35,945 nt of DNA, from the IMG/VR virus record IMGVR_UViG_3300046779_000966, positions 1 to 35,945 of that record. The stretch is one strand, 5' to 3'. Under the pieces are notes generated by a model. It saw only the letters and a list, made by a program, of their open reading frames with translations. It was not told the origin of the DNA and did not search any database. The DNA is from a virus. Lineage: Duplodnaviria; Caudoviricetes. Positions 17,851 through 27,507 of this stretch are shown here, piece after piece. Numbering within the stretch: position 1 is the first letter of the stretch; each line of letters opens with the position of its first letter. The translations under genes were made by a program, and so were the position numbers.

Positions 17851-18282
17851 ATGACTGAGATAATTGGACACTACCAGGAAGACAAGATCAAGAATCTTTT
17901 TATTGGTAGGAAAGTTGTAAAGGCTGAGGGTTCTGAGCTTACCCTGGACGATGGAACTGTTTTGCAGGTAATCCCTAATGATGGTGGATGTTCCTGTGGT
18001 GCTGGAGACTACTACCTAGACAATCTTAATAAGTTTGACAATGTTATTACAGATGTTGAGATTAAGGCTGTTCCATATTCTGATAGCGAGTGGGAGTCTG
18101 GTTATACTTATCAGCTATTTGTATACTCTGGGGGTATCTCAACATCAGTAGCTGACATCAAGGGTGACGATGGTAATGGATACTATGGTACTGGATTTGA
18201 GATTTATGTTAAGTACCGTCCAGGACCACCAAAAGCAGAGTTTGTAAACATTTTTGATAAGAATAATTGGGAAGAGCAATGA
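17851..18282 (+). CDS. hypothetical protein (GGCSCG...GNGYYG)
   Basis: ORF track. Confidence 0.75.
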   Translation: MTEIIGHYQEDKIKNLFIGRKVVKAEGSELTLDDGTVLQVIPNDGGCSCGAGDYYLDNLNKFDNVITDVEIKAVPYSDSEWESGYTYQLFVYSGGISTSVADIKGDDGNGYYGTGFEIYVKYRPGPPKAEFVNIFDKNNWEEQ

Positions 18283-18650
18283 ACGAAATGCAACAAGAGA
18301 TAGTTAGACTATCTAATATCTGGATGCGTTTTGTAGGACAAGACCATCACAAAGATCGTGACTGCCACTGGTATATTGAGAAGTATTACTCATATGGAGA
18401 AGCACCATACTACCAAGCATATCATCATGGGTATATTGGAGATGATTTTGTTGGTACAAAATGCGTTACCCTGGAAGAAGCAGAAGAAGAATTGCTGAAT
18501 GCTATTAAGTTTGAGATTCATAAGGCAAAGATCTGGGTTGCTCGTAATCTAGAGGATGTTACAAAACTAGAGAATAGTGATGATGAAGAGCTTTTCTTTG
18601 GTAGTTCCGAAGAGTACAGTCGGATGCTAGCTATTCTAAATGAAGCCTAG
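18279..18650 (+). CDS. hypothetical protein (DHHKDRDCHWYI)
   Basis: ORF track; ATGA overlap. Confidence 0.75.
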   Translation: MNEMQQEIVRLSNIWMRFVGQDHHKDRDCHWYIEKYYSYGEAPYYQAYHHGYIGDDFVGTKCVTLEEAEEELLNAIKFEIHKAKIWVARNLEDVTKLENSDDEELFFGSSEEYSRMLAILNEA

Positions 18651-18738
18651 TCTTATTTGATTTAAAGCTCGGCGGTAAATAAGAGAAACAAACAAGCGAA
18701 ACGCTTGACAATCTCTACAACACCAGATACAATTAACT

Positions 18739-19032
18739 GTGAAGAAACTAAAGCCAATCCTTAAACCATATATGGAGCAATTTAAACGTTCTCCTCTATG
18801 GGTTAAGATAACAGCTATACTTTGTATATCCTGGTTGGTTATGCCAATTGATCCATGGGACATCCTGTTCCCATGGATTGCCTTTCACGATGATTTATTC
18901 ATAGCAGGTATTCTGCTTAAGCTGCTTCATAAGTATGGAGGTCTACCAGATGAAGACCCTACAAAGCCTATCGATCTATTGAAGGACATCTTCAAAAAAT
19001 CCGAGGGCATCAAGAAGAACCACAACCACTAG
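18739..19032 (+). CDS. DUF1232/YkvA-like membrane protein
   Basis: PID..D..P..G/A..DD motif; TTGACA-N17-TACAAT directly upstream. Confidence 0.7.
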   Translation: MKKLKPILKPYMEQFKRSPLWVKITAILCISWLVMPIDPWDILFPWIAFHDDLFIAGILLKLLHKYGGLPDEDPTKPIDLLKDIFKKSEGIKKNHNH

Positions 19033-19717
19033 TATAAAGAAAGAATAGTATATGGAAAACCTATTAGTAGGAATAGCTTGTTTTATTGGAGCTTTTATTG
19101 CAACATGGATTAGCTACAAATGATAGTAATAATCAAAAGAATACATCCTTATCTAGGTAAGGTCGTATATCCGAAAAAGCTACCTATTGACCTATTGGAT
19201 TATCTGAGTATCAGGCTATTTGGATATAGGATAAAGACCCCATATAAGGTTGTTTGGATACCCCGAAACATGATATCCAGATACGGCTAAAAGTCCCTCT
19301 ATGACCCCTTAGAAGGCTGTTTTGATACCTTTCTGATGGTGTGGTTTGGGAAATAAATCTTACTGATCGTAATGGTTTTGATGGTGGAGTGAAATGGAGG
19401 AAAGTGGTTTGGGTAATAATGCCTACATATAGGGGCGTTCGTAATCTTTTCTACTATATCTAGTATCCCCCAAACCATCCAAACCAGGCTATCCAAACCT
19501 TGACAAACCATATATCTTTTGATATAATGCCCCAATATCCCCATATAAAAACAATAAAAAATCCCTGGTTTTATAGGCTATATTATATAAAACCTTATAT
19601 AAATAACCATTAATCAGGGAAAAATTTGTTCTTTCGTAATACTATAGTGTTTATAGTTATACTAGGGAATTTGGGTATACTTTCTGGATGCCCTTGGCAT
19701 TATCCAAACCAATATAA

Positions 19718-19912
19718 TTAGACATACCAGCTAGCGATCCAAACCACAAAGCGATTGTATACTTTTCGGGGGTATGTAATGATGGATCGTAATCTATTTT
19801 CAAACCTAGTATAAGACTCTATCTCAGCCTTATGTTGATCAGACTCTATATACTTATCTGATGTAAAGTATGGAGCTATATACTCTTTACTCCAATAACC
19901 TCTAGGACTCAT
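19718..19912 (-). CDS. hypothetical protein
   Basis: Leaderless after TGATATACT. Confidence 0.55.
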   Translation of the reverse strand: MSPRGYWSKEYIAPYFTSDKYIESDQHKAEIESYTRFENRLRSIITYPRKVYNRFVVWIASWYV

Positions 19913-20153
19913 ATATATAGTATATCAGGATATAGATGGTTTGACAAGCCTTACCTAACTACCCCAAACCAAATCACTAATAAAACTTTCAGCGATTTTT
20001 TGATCTTCTTCGTAATAATATTTGGGAAAATAATTATATGGTTCGTAATCCCATAATCTGGGAAAATTTTTGATCCTTCGTAATCAAATTGTTATCAAAA
20101 TAGGACTTGACAAATATGAAGGTTTGTGGCGCTGCGCCAATGGGCTGAGGATG

Positions 20154-20426
20154 TTACTCCTCAAACCCATAGCCCAAGATGTCTTCAAGGGTTTCATAGC
20201 CCTCTTCAGTATCTTCCATTTCCAAACCTGTCAAAAGCAGGTCGAAGGTTTCATTGACAAACTTATCAGAAGCCTCTGTTCCCTTTACAATGTCTTCTGA
20301 CAAAGCAAAGGCAAGTGGCAAGCCAATGTCGTTGTATGTGATGAAGTCTTCAAAGTCCTCGTCATCACGATAGTTCAACCATAGGTCTGATAGAATTTTT
20401 GTTTTGTTTTCAAATGATGTAGCCAT
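20154..20426 (-). CDS. hypothetical acidic protein (YNDIGLPLAF)
   Basis: ORF track; AGGAG RBS. Confidence 0.8.
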   Translation of the reverse strand: MATSFENKTKILSDLWLNYRDDEDFEDFITYNDIGLPLAFALSEDIVKGTEASDKFVNETFDLLLTGLEMEDTEEGYETLEDILGYGFEE

Positions 20427-20471
20427 TAGTTCTCCTAGTTAGGTTTCTATTATACCAAATACCGCTGACAA

Positions 20472-20681
20472 TTAGAAGAGCATTTCTCGCTCGTCTACCT
20501 GCTTGTCGTGCTTCTCAAATTCAGCAGCCTCTGCGACAATCATTAGGCGGTTGTATGAAATTGTTGGTGCTAGTCTACCAAGATAAATACCCACTTGGTC
20601 TAGGTCTAAAGTTACATCATTGAGTATTTCAGCAATCTTGACTGCGGTCTTTTCATTCTTGGACATTCCTCGTCTGGTCAT
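20472..20681 (-). CDS. hypothetical protein
   Basis: AGGAG RBS; TTGACT-N17-TACAAT upstream. Confidence 0.75.
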   Translation of the reverse strand: MTRRGMSKNEKTAVKIAEILNDVTLDLDQVGIYLGRLAPTISYNRLMIVAEAAEFEKHDKQVDEREMLF

Positions 20682-20838
20682 TTGTATTCTCCTATGCTGA
20701 TTGTATCAAAATTAGAGGGGGAAGTCAAGAGTAAGAAAGGAAACTCTCGACCTCCCCCCAGTTGGGTACCCACCCTAGCAACCCCTTACTATTTGGGTAC
20801 CTTCCCTCGGAGCTGTGCTCGACGAAGGAGGATTCATG

Positions 20839-21225
20839 TCAATACAGCCAGTTAATCTGTCGATCGCTGGTCATATCGATGGTCATTGGGTCTGGAAGCT
20901 TAGCTAGCATGTCGTCAATGCTAGGGTCCCTGTCTTTGGTCATTGCCAGAAACAGCTCTATTGCCAAGAAGAAGTCACTGCCCCACTCCTTCTCTGGGAA
21001 GCGATGCGCAATGGACTTAGTCTGCTTCTCGTCCAGCTTGAATGCGTCGAGGTAGAAACGCAAGGTCCTACCGTCATCAGTCTGCGCATACACAGATGGT
21101 TGACAGGTTAGATTGTCATCTAACGTAGTCTCTGTAGTCTCCATGTCGTACTCTTCTGCGTAGAATAGGTTTAGGTCGTACTCTGCACTAATAACTTTAG
21201 GCGACAATGTTTGCTTCCTCTCCAT
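20839..21225 (-). CDS. hypothetical protein
   Basis: ORF track; start uncertain. Confidence 0.7.
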   Translation of the reverse strand: MERKQTLSPKVISAEYDLNLFYAEEYDMETTETTLDDNLTCQPSVYAQTDDGRTLRFYLDAFKLDEKQTKSIAHRFPEKEWGSDFFLAIELFLAMTKDRDPSIDDMLAKLPDPMTIDMTSDRQINWLY

Positions 21226-21613
21226 AGATGTTCTTCAAGTCTACCACGGTAGCTACAGGGATGTCAATAGAACCGTACTCACATTCTGGACAATCTGGGT
21301 TACCGTCTTCGAAACCATCTTCGTCAGTACAATCACACATACGGTATGCCCAAGTAGGAACCTCAGTGTACTCGTCATCCCAAGGGTTCTCGGTAATGTA
21401 GTAGTGGATACGGTTTACCCAGTGTAGACCAGCAACAATGTAAGTACCCTCGTCACCGTCTACCTCAGTCCAAACAAAGTTAGGATGAATAGACTTGACA
21501 TAGTCGTACTCACCGTCATAAGTCTCGAAGTGTAGCTGGTCATACTTAACAAGATGATTTTTGATTGGCTTGAAGGTTTCTACCCAAGCGTCATAGGTGT
21601 AAAACTTGCTCAT
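21197..21613 (-). CDS. hypothetical protein with C-terminal Cys cluster
   Basis: G.HWVNRI.YYIT..PW; CDC...CPEC. Confidence 0.8.
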   Translation of the reverse strand: MSKFYTYDAWVETFKPIKNHLVKYDQLHFETYDGEYDYVKSIHPNFVWTEVDGDEGTYIVAGLHWVNRIHYYITENPWDDEYTEVPTWAYRMCDCTDEDGFEDGNPDCPECEYGSIDIPVATVVDLKNIYGEEANIVA

Positions 21614-21626
21614 TGGGGTCTCTCTC

Positions 21627-22151
21627 TTAGAAGTGGAAGTCTACGAATACAATATACCAGTTTTTGTTGCCCTTGTCAATATCTTCTAGCATATATTTTG
21701 TATTAGTTGTTTCGTGATACATGTCATAGAAGTAAGAGTTGAAATCCCACTTGCCCTGTATCATGTCAATCATCTTTGACAGGTCATAGAGGGGGAAGCC
21801 AAAGTCCATTTGTCCGTCATACTTATCTAAACAAGCATTGATGTCAACGTTCTTCTCATTGAAGTGTTTGCGGTATAGGTTGAACTCCCCCATACGTGCC
21901 TCAATACCTTCCTTGACAGTATCAAGAAACTTACGTGGCTCGTCGTCATATGAGATAGTCATAGACTGGTTATCATCGTCATAGCCGTCAGTATCGTTAG
22001 GGTTCCACCTACCGCCACCAGTTACAAACCAATCATACCAAGATGAATAGTTATCACCACTGCCCATGTTTACTTCAAGGTAGTGCTTTACTGAACTGAA
22101 TGCGTGGCTCTTGTCGTCTGCCTGAACTGCGATACGCTGTAATACGTGCAT
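21627..22151 (-). CDS. hypothetical protein (WYDWFVTGGGRW...VDFHF)
   Basis: AGAAAG RBS before MHVLQR. Confidence 0.8.
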   Translation of the reverse strand: MHVLQRIAVQADDKSHAFSSVKHYLEVNMGSGDNYSSWYDWFVTGGGRWNPNDTDGYDDDNQSMTISYDDEPRKFLDTVKEGIEARMGEFNLYRKHFNEKNVDINACLDKYDGQMDFGFPLYDLSKMIDMIQGKWDFNSYFYDMYHETTNTKYMLEDIDKGNKNWYIVFVDFHF

Positions 22152-22182
22152 GGGGTTTCTTTCTTTAGGGTTACACTCTATT

Positions 22183-22737
22183 TTAGAGCAAAACGTTGGC
22201 GTTGTCAACTACTTCTTGCAAGATCGACTCTTCCCTGGCGGTAAGAAACGCTTGAATATACTCTTGCTGGGTAGGTAACTTGTCTAGTGGAAACTCTACA
22301 GTTAGTCCAGCAAACTTACTAATAAACTTATTAGTGTTGTAGTTGATTTCATAGACACCCTCACAGAATAGGTCGTCAGTCTCAAACTCTCGCTCGTCTA
22401 CAAGTGGAACAGGTCCAGCAGACCAACGAACTACATTGAGGATGTCGCCACAGGTATCTCTACTAAAACTAGGAAGCATAGAACCAAACTTCTTCATATG
22501 CGTAGTTTCGGGGTAGCGAGTGTTGTAGTCCTGATAGATAACTTCCCTATCAGTATCAGAGATAAAGTAACACTTATCTAATGCCAACTCCAACTCTTCT
22601 ACAGCGTAGCGGTCAGAGCTAAGGATGTGTAGAATCTTAGCACCCTGTCCCTCTGGATAGTGGTCCCATTGTCCGTACTGTGCTACCTTTAGGATGTTGT
22701 CTTTGTCAATTACTTTAGTTAGTCCACGAGTTCCCAT
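22183..22737 (-). CDS. hypothetical protein (MGTR...QYGQWDHYPEGQG)
   Basis: AGAAAGG RBS; TTGACT-N17-TATAAT upstream. Confidence 0.8.
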   Translation of the reverse strand: MGTRGLTKVIDKDNILKVAQYGQWDHYPEGQGAKILHILSSDRYAVEELELALDKCYFISDTDREVIYQDYNTRYPETTHMKKFGSMLPSFSRDTCGDILNVVRWSAGPVPLVDEREFETDDLFCEGVYEINYNTNKFISKFAGLTVEFPLDKLPTQQEYIQAFLTAREESILQEVVDNANVLL

Positions 22738-22804
22738 TGGAACACCTTTCTTGTTGGGGTTATGTATAGATTATAGTGGATTTGGGGGAAAAAGTCAAGA
22801 GATC

Positions 22805-23035
22805 TTAATCAAATATTTGATAAGCCCTCATACCGACGATGTCCACTGCCTGCCTCTGCACGTCCATCCAGGCAGTCTCACCAAAGAAGTACTTAGCCCT
22901 GCTGCCAGGGGTAACTAGCTTATAGAAATCGAAGTATGTATCTGAACTATATACAGCTACACCCTCGTCATGGTACACACGGTTCCATCCAGTTGAAGAT
23001 ACGGATGGCTTCTTGCTTGCAAATTTCTTTTCCAT
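22805..23035 (-). CDS. hypothetical protein
   Basis: Leaderless after TTGATT-N17-GATAAT. Confidence 0.7.
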   Translation of the reverse strand: MEKKFASKKPSVSSTGWNRVYHDEGVAVYSSDTYFDFYKLVTPGSRAKYFFGETAWMDVQRQAVDIVGMRAYQIFD

Positions 23036-23148
23036 AGCTATATTATCCCAGAATCTGGGGAAAAAATCAAGAGGTTCGTAAAGATATTTTTAAGGTTAAC
23101 TACTTTACATAAGATCTTGGGGGCGCTCCCCAAAGGGGCAGGACTTGC

Positions 23149-23325
23149 CTACCCCTTGAGAAACTTGTGATACCACTTGCGATTAGCCATAGCCTCAATA
23201 GTATCAAACTTGTCAATCATTTCTGAAATCAAGTCTCTGGTATAACTATTGAACTCTGCCATCCACTCTTCGTGTGCCTCATTACTAGCCATCCTAGCAT
23301 ACTTGGCAATCTCTTTACTCTTCAT
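23149..23325 (-). CDS. hypothetical protein
   Basis: Start trimmed to MKSKE. Confidence 0.65.
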   Translation of the reverse strand: MKSKEIAKYARMASNEAHEEWMAEFNSYTRDLISEMIDKFDTIEAMANRKWYHKFLKG

Positions 23326-23431
23326 CTTCACTCTCCACAGGAGCAAACATACGCTGCATCCTCTTGAAACCGTCATAGTCTAGGTTCTCAGTAACCCATT
23401 TCCAAATTGCTTGTTCTGCTTCAGTTGCCAT
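23315..23431 (-). CDS. small hypothetical protein (38 aa)
   Basis: MATEAEQAIWKW...; coupled start/stop. Confidence 0.55.
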   Translation of the reverse strand: MATEAEQAIWKWVTENLDYDGFKRMQRMFAPVESEDEE

Positions 23432-23613
23432 TAGAATACATCCTCATACTTTGGTAGTTCGTCATAGGGGTAGCCGATAGCCATAAGAACATTCTCATAG
23501 GCGTTGATTAGCCCATTGAAATAGTCCTTAGAACTATCATTGATGTCTAGTTCGTTATAGTGTGGAACTAGTTCGTTTAGTCTTCCTAGCAGATGTTCTG
23601 CTAATGAATCCAT
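23431..23613 (-). CDS. hypothetical protein
   Basis: Start trimmed to MDSLAEH. Confidence 0.65.
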   Translation of the reverse strand: MDSLAEHLLGRLNELVPHYNELDINDSSKDYFNGLINAYENVLMAIGYPYDELPKYEDVF

Positions 23614-23629
23614 AGTTACATAGTCTGCG

Positions 23630-23770
23630 TCAGGACTCAACAATTTCAACTGCCTCCCAATCTCCGTCTGGTAATTTGCTGTGCTCTTCAATGGCTAAGT
23701 CAATAGCCTCGTCTTCATCTAATGCTTCCACCCAATAACTTGCGGTGTAATCTACTCTGTATCTTTTCAT
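23630..23770 (-). CDS. small hypothetical protein (46 aa)
   Basis: MKRYRVDY...VEALDEDEAIDLA; directly after promoter. Confidence 0.65.
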   Translation of the reverse strand: MKRYRVDYTASYWVEALDEDEAIDLAIEEHSKLPDGDWEAVEIVES

Positions 23771-23800
23771 AGTTCCTACTTTACCATTGGGGTCTGACAT

Positions 23801-23965
23801 TTATCCTACAAATCCGTATACTGCTTTTTGATACCGCTTACAAGCCAGGGTAGTGTGACCAATCTTTTTAGAATCCGATCGCCATTTCTTACCACATTCA
23901 CGACAAGCATACCAATCATGCTCTTCGCCCTTATGCTTACGAACATCAACAATCTGATTACTCAT
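23801..23965 (-). CDS. small Zn-finger-like protein
   Basis: YACRECGK...H...C. Confidence 0.6.
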   Translation of the reverse strand: MSNQIVDVRKHKGEEHDWYACRECGKKWRSDSKKIGHTTLACKRYQKAVYGFVG

Positions 23966-24149
23966 TTACAATCTCCACATTTACAGCGTCATACAGTTCG
24001 TTATACTTTACAAAAGAATAGATGTCATCTACATAAGCAGACTTATAGTATTCAATCAACTCTTCCTCTGTGAAATTGTTTTCTAGCATTAGTTCATCCT
24101 CGTCTGGATAGTAATCAAAACTAATACTGACTCTTACTACTCTACTCAT
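23958..24149 (-). CDS. hypothetical acidic protein
   Basis: ORF track. Confidence 0.65.
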   Translation of the reverse strand: MSRVVRVSISFDYYPDEDELMLENNFTEEELIEYYKSAYVDDIYSFVKYNELYDAVNVEIVNE

Positions 24150-24366
24150 TTATACAATCCTCACATTGATAGAAATCATCTTCTAGTTTAGTTAGTTTGA
24201 CATCGATGTAACCATACACGCAGCAGGTATTACAAGCAATAGGCTCACAACCTTCTGGGCAATACTCTTGGTCACCCTCACAGGTTCGACAAAAAGGATT
24301 ACAGTCAAATGCCCCTCCGTGATTAGGGCATTCCAAGTGTTCGTGATTACACTTGTAGAGTTCCAT
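24142..24366 (-). CDS. Cys-rich protein
   Basis: CPNHGGAFDCNPFCRTCEG plus further CxxC pairs. Confidence 0.7.
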   Translation of the reverse strand: MELYKCNHEHLECPNHGGAFDCNPFCRTCEGDQEYCPEGCEPIACNTCCVYGYIDVKLTKLEDDFYQCEDCINE

Positions 24367-24470
24367 TACTTTACCTTTGCTAGCATTTCTGACAACCTCT
24401 TCAGTTGGTCAGGGGTAAGGCTCTTGATAACATCTTCATTGATTAGATTAGGGTTCTTCCATTCATTCAT
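24366..24470 (-). CDS. small hypothetical protein (34 aa)
   Basis: Leaderless after promoter. Confidence 0.55.
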   Translation of the reverse strand: MNEWKNPNLINEDVIKSLTPDQLKRLSEMLAKVK

Positions 24471-24492
24471 AGAACCAATTATAGGGGTAGGG

Positions 24493-24678
24493 TCAGACAT
24501 TTATAAAATCCTCTGTGTCAAAGCAATCATCCATGTAGTATTGTTCTGGGGTAGTAACGTAAGACTTCAAGTCATCTAGGGCTGCAGCATCCCACATCTC
24601 CTCAGACCAATCTGCCTCACCAGGCACGGTAAAGGTAATGACAGCATAGTCATTAATAAACCTATAAGTCTTTATCAT
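24493..24678 (-). CDS. hypothetical acidic protein
   Basis: ORF track. Confidence 0.65.
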   Translation of the reverse strand: MIKTYRFINDYAVITFTVPGEADWSEEMWDAAALDDLKSYVTTPEQYYMDDCFDTEDFINV

Positions 24679-24890
24679 TATGCCTCGTAGTGTTCAACAA
24701 CTACAGACTGAGAAACTGTCTTACCATACTCATAGACGACATCCCAGTCAGTCCAAGTGATACGACCATCCTCTTCACGCCACTCCTCTGCTACCTCTTC
24801 TGGTAGGTCATCGGTATCTAGGACATAGAGGACATCCTTTGGGTCATACTCCCACCAGTCACCATTCTGATTTGCGATAAAGATTGTCAT
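24678..24890 (-). CDS. hypothetical acidic protein
   Basis: AGAAAGG RBS before MTIFIAN. Confidence 0.7.
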   Translation of the reverse strand: MTIFIANQNGDWWEYDPKDVLYVLDTDDLPEEVAEEWREEDGRITWTDWDVVYEYGKTVSQSVVVEHYEA

Positions 24891-25055
24891 TAGGGTTGCC
24901 TTTCTTCTTGATGTATCCATTATGCCATAAGGGTCAGACATTGTAAAGGGCGACACGCCGATTTCGGGGAAAAATATTTTGTGTTCGTAATTAAGGTTTG
25001 GATGATTGTATATCTGGAGCGCCACGAACTCGATCAGCTGTCAAGCCACTAGGGC

Positions 25056-25084
25056 AGGCAGTTTATAGACTTGCCTAGGTCTAT
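25056..25084 (-). ncRNA. repeated 3'-UTR pseudoknot, copy B
   Basis: TAGAC-CT-AGGCA-A-GTCTA-TAAAC-TGCCT. Confidence 0.6.
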
Positions 25085-25087
25085 GGC

Positions 25088-26101
25088 TTACGCCATTACG
25101 ACAGACTGAACGACCTTCATCAAGCGGTTCTTCTCAGCATTCACCATTGGGTCAAAACCAGAAGCCGAAGCAAGAATAGACTCGTTAGAGCCACCACGAC
25201 CCGAACGATACCAGTCCAAACGCTCGGTCAATGCGTTGTAAGCACCCCAAGCAGTTCCAGCAATGGTGTTGTTGTAGTCACCGACATAGATAGCCTGAAG
25301 CAAGTCCACCTTTGCGTCATACTTCTTGAATGAACCCTTAGCGTCTTTCTCAGGGGCAGGGTAAGCAAGAGCAACAATCTCGTCAAACTGCGACTTAGTG
25401 ATTTCGGTTTCAATCATAGCCTGAGCCATAGTTGAAAACTCGTCTAGGTAAACCTTAGCCAAGCCAAGAGCCTCACGAGCAACGGCAATTTTACCCTCAG
25501 CAGTCTGAGTGTGACGGATTTTGAAGGTTTGCTTTGGAGCCTTCTTGCCCTTGACAGCAGATAGAGCGAGGTTCAAAGTGTTAGCACATACAACACGAAC
25601 AGGAGTAATCGAAGCCTGAATAGCAATCGAACCGTCGTGAGAGGTGTTGATTAGCAGATAGTTGTCAATCTTATCAGCACGACCGTTAGGGTCTAGGGTA
25701 ATGCTATCGGTTAGAGCAATCGAACCAAACACAACACGACCGCCACGAATAGAGCCAGCAGTTTCCCAACGACCGCCACCGTCTAGCAGGTTGTCACCAA
25801 ATGAGAACAAGTCCTCGTTCTGAAGCGGAACATAACGCTCACCAACAACGCCAAGAACATCATTCTTAGTGCGGTCAAATGGGTTAGTGCGAGTAACGAA
25901 AGAGTAAGACTTGTCAGACTCAAAGTTCTCAGGAATAGCAACATCTTCTAGGCGAACATTCCAGTTGTCTAGGTGTGCGAGTTTCAACATCTCAGAGGTG
26001 TTTACCTCGTCTTCAAACACAGTGCCAAGACCATGCCAAGCAGGTTGGCGAAGCGAAGCAAAGGCAGTCTGTCCGTTTACGGTTTCTAGTTCGTGAGCCA
26101 T
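25088..26101 (-). CDS. DUF932 / TIGR03299 phage-plasmid protein
   Basis: PAWHGLG, Y.PLQN, ETAGSI.GG, SHDGS, TPVRVVCANTL, GTAWGAYNA. Confidence 0.9.
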   Translation of the reverse strand: MAHELETVNGQTAFASLRQPAWHGLGTVFEDEVNTSEMLKLAHLDNWNVRLEDVAIPENFESDKSYSFVTRTNPFDRTKNDVLGVVGERYVPLQNEDLFSFGDNLLDGGGRWETAGSIRGGRVVFGSIALTDSITLDPNGRADKIDNYLLINTSHDGSIAIQASITPVRVVCANTLNLALSAVKGKKAPKQTFKIRHTQTAEGKIAVAREALGLAKVYLDEFSTMAQAMIETEITKSQFDEIVALAYPAPEKDAKGSFKKYDAKVDLLQAIYVGDYNNTIAGTAWGAYNALTERLDWYRSGRGGSNESILASASGFDPMVNAEKNRLMKVVQSVVMA

Positions 26102-26254
26102 GGGGTTCAACTTTCTTTTAGTAGGGATTTCTGATAAGACTATTATGACAGAACCCTCTGACATTGTCAATACTATTTGGGAAAATTTTTTGGCGTGTCG
26201 TAAACATCTTCGTAAACCAGGGAAGCTCGATCCTGGGCGGGCGCTCCGCAGGGG

Positions 26255-26282
26255 GAGCAGTTTTACAACTTGCTCAGGTTGT
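26255..26282 (-). ncRNA. repeated 3'-UTR pseudoknot, copy C
   Basis: ACAAC-CT-GAGCA-A-GTTGT-AAAAC-TGCTC. Confidence 0.6.
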
Positions 26283-26287
26283 TTTGT

Positions 26288-26470
26288 CTACTTCCCAACA
26301 AGGATTAGACTAGGGCTACGCTTACGCTTAGCCTTTGGCTTTGCTGGAATGTTCGTGGTCTGGTTGGTAGCACCGAGGAACTTTCCGTCAGCGGTACGGA
26401 CTACCGCCTTGTAGACCTCACCATTCTTGGTGTTCCACTTCTCAGTTGCGATAACAATCTTCTTAGTCAT
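26288..26470 (-). CDS. small basic protein (R.ADGKF.GATNQT)
   Basis: AAGGA RBS before MTKK. Confidence 0.7.
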   Translation of the reverse strand: MTKKIVIATEKWNTKNGEVYKAVVRTADGKFLGATNQTTNIPAKPKAKRKRSPSLILVGK

Positions 26471-26503
26471 TTGTTTCCTTTGTTTGTTGGGATAGTTTAT
26501 GTT

Positions 26504-26531
26504 GAGCAGTTTAGACACTTGCTCAGGTGTT
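26504..26531 (-). ncRNA. repeated 3'-UTR pseudoknot, copy D
   Basis: ACAC-CT-GAGCA-A-GTGT-CTAAAC-TGCTC. Confidence 0.6.
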
Positions 26532-26549
26532 TAGGCGTAAACCTATGGT

Positions 26550-26999
26550 TTAGATAAGGTCAATCACAGACGAGTAAGAACTTGCCGAGATTTCCTCTTG
26601 GGTAGTCATACGCAATACCTTGAGGTTCTGCTCTAGGACTTCCTTGCGGTTGATGTGCTTGTTGCCATACCACTCAGACTGATTAGGCTTCTTAGGCTCA
26701 GTTGGGCGAACAGGGAAACCAACAATCTTGTCTGAGTCAAAGTTCAACTCAAGACGACCATTGTAGTTGGTGTTGATACGGATTAGGTCATTGAACTCAT
26801 AACCAATCTTCTCAACATTCTGGCTAACATAGTCAATGATAGCCTTAGCAACCTCGACCTTGTAGTTTGCTAGGTCTGCTTCATACTTCTCGTAGTCAGC
26901 AGGGTATGAGGCAATCTTAGCGTCAATCTCAGCAATAGCAGCCTCAATCTGAGAGATAACAGCAGCGGTTGGAACTTTTACGGACAGGGCACGAGCCAT
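26550..26999 (-). CDS. hypothetical coiled-coil protein
   Basis: ORF track; own promoter. Confidence 0.8.
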   Translation of the reverse strand: MARALSVKVPTAAVISQIEAAIAEIDAKIASYPADYEKYEADLANYKVEVAKAIIDYVSQNVEKIGYEFNDLIRINTNYNGRLELNFDSDKIVGFPVRPTEPKKPNQSEWYGNKHINRKEVLEQNLKVLRMTTQEEISASSYSSVIDLI

Positions 27000-27069
27000 T
27001 TGTTTCTTCTTTCTTTTGTTGGGGTTTGGAACTCTATTATTATGCCATAGGGGTCTGACATTTTAGTGT

Positions 27070-27097
27070 GGGCAGTTTTACTTGATACCCAGCAAGC
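27070..27097 (-). ncRNA. repeated 3'-UTR pseudoknot, copy E
   Basis: CTTG-CT-GGGTA-T-CAAG-TAAAAC-TGCCC. Confidence 0.55.
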
Positions 27098-27115
27098 AGT
27101 TTATTCTCCTGCGAG

Positions 27116-27271
27116 TTACTTGACAGTAGTCCAGCGAGGGTTGCCGTTTACATCAAGACGAACTCGGAATGAGCCTGTCTTGTTCTCGACAACTTCCTGA
27201 ACAATACCGACAACGCCAGACTTCTGGGTTGCGAACTGTGAGCCAACAGTAGGGGCGATTACATTTGCCAT
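27116..27271 (-). CDS. small beta-rich (SH3-like?) protein, 51 aa
   Basis: MANVIAPTVGSQFATQKSGVVGIVQEV...RWTTVK; two tandem TTGACA-N17-GATAAT promoters upstream. Confidence 0.7.
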   Translation of the reverse strand: MANVIAPTVGSQFATQKSGVVGIVQEVVENKTGSFRVRLDVNGNPRWTTVK

Positions 27272-27507
27272 TTATTGCTTCTTTCTACCTAGACCTATTG
27301 CTAGGATTTGTTTGATTTGTTTACATTCTATTATCTCAAGAAAACTAAGAGTTGTCAAGCATTTTCTCAAAGTTTTTTGACTTATTTTTTCTTGCGTTTC
27401 TTCTTTTCTTGATACATCTATTATCGGGGATTTCGGGGGAAATGTCAAGCATTTCTTAAAACTTTTTTCGGCGTGTCGCAGGATCGATCGGGGCGCTCCC
27501 CGAAGGG

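Noticed and set aside
19299-19544. 81-aa minus-strand ORF in the convergence zone
   Set aside because: Runs through CCAAACC repeats, has atypical composition and no RBS
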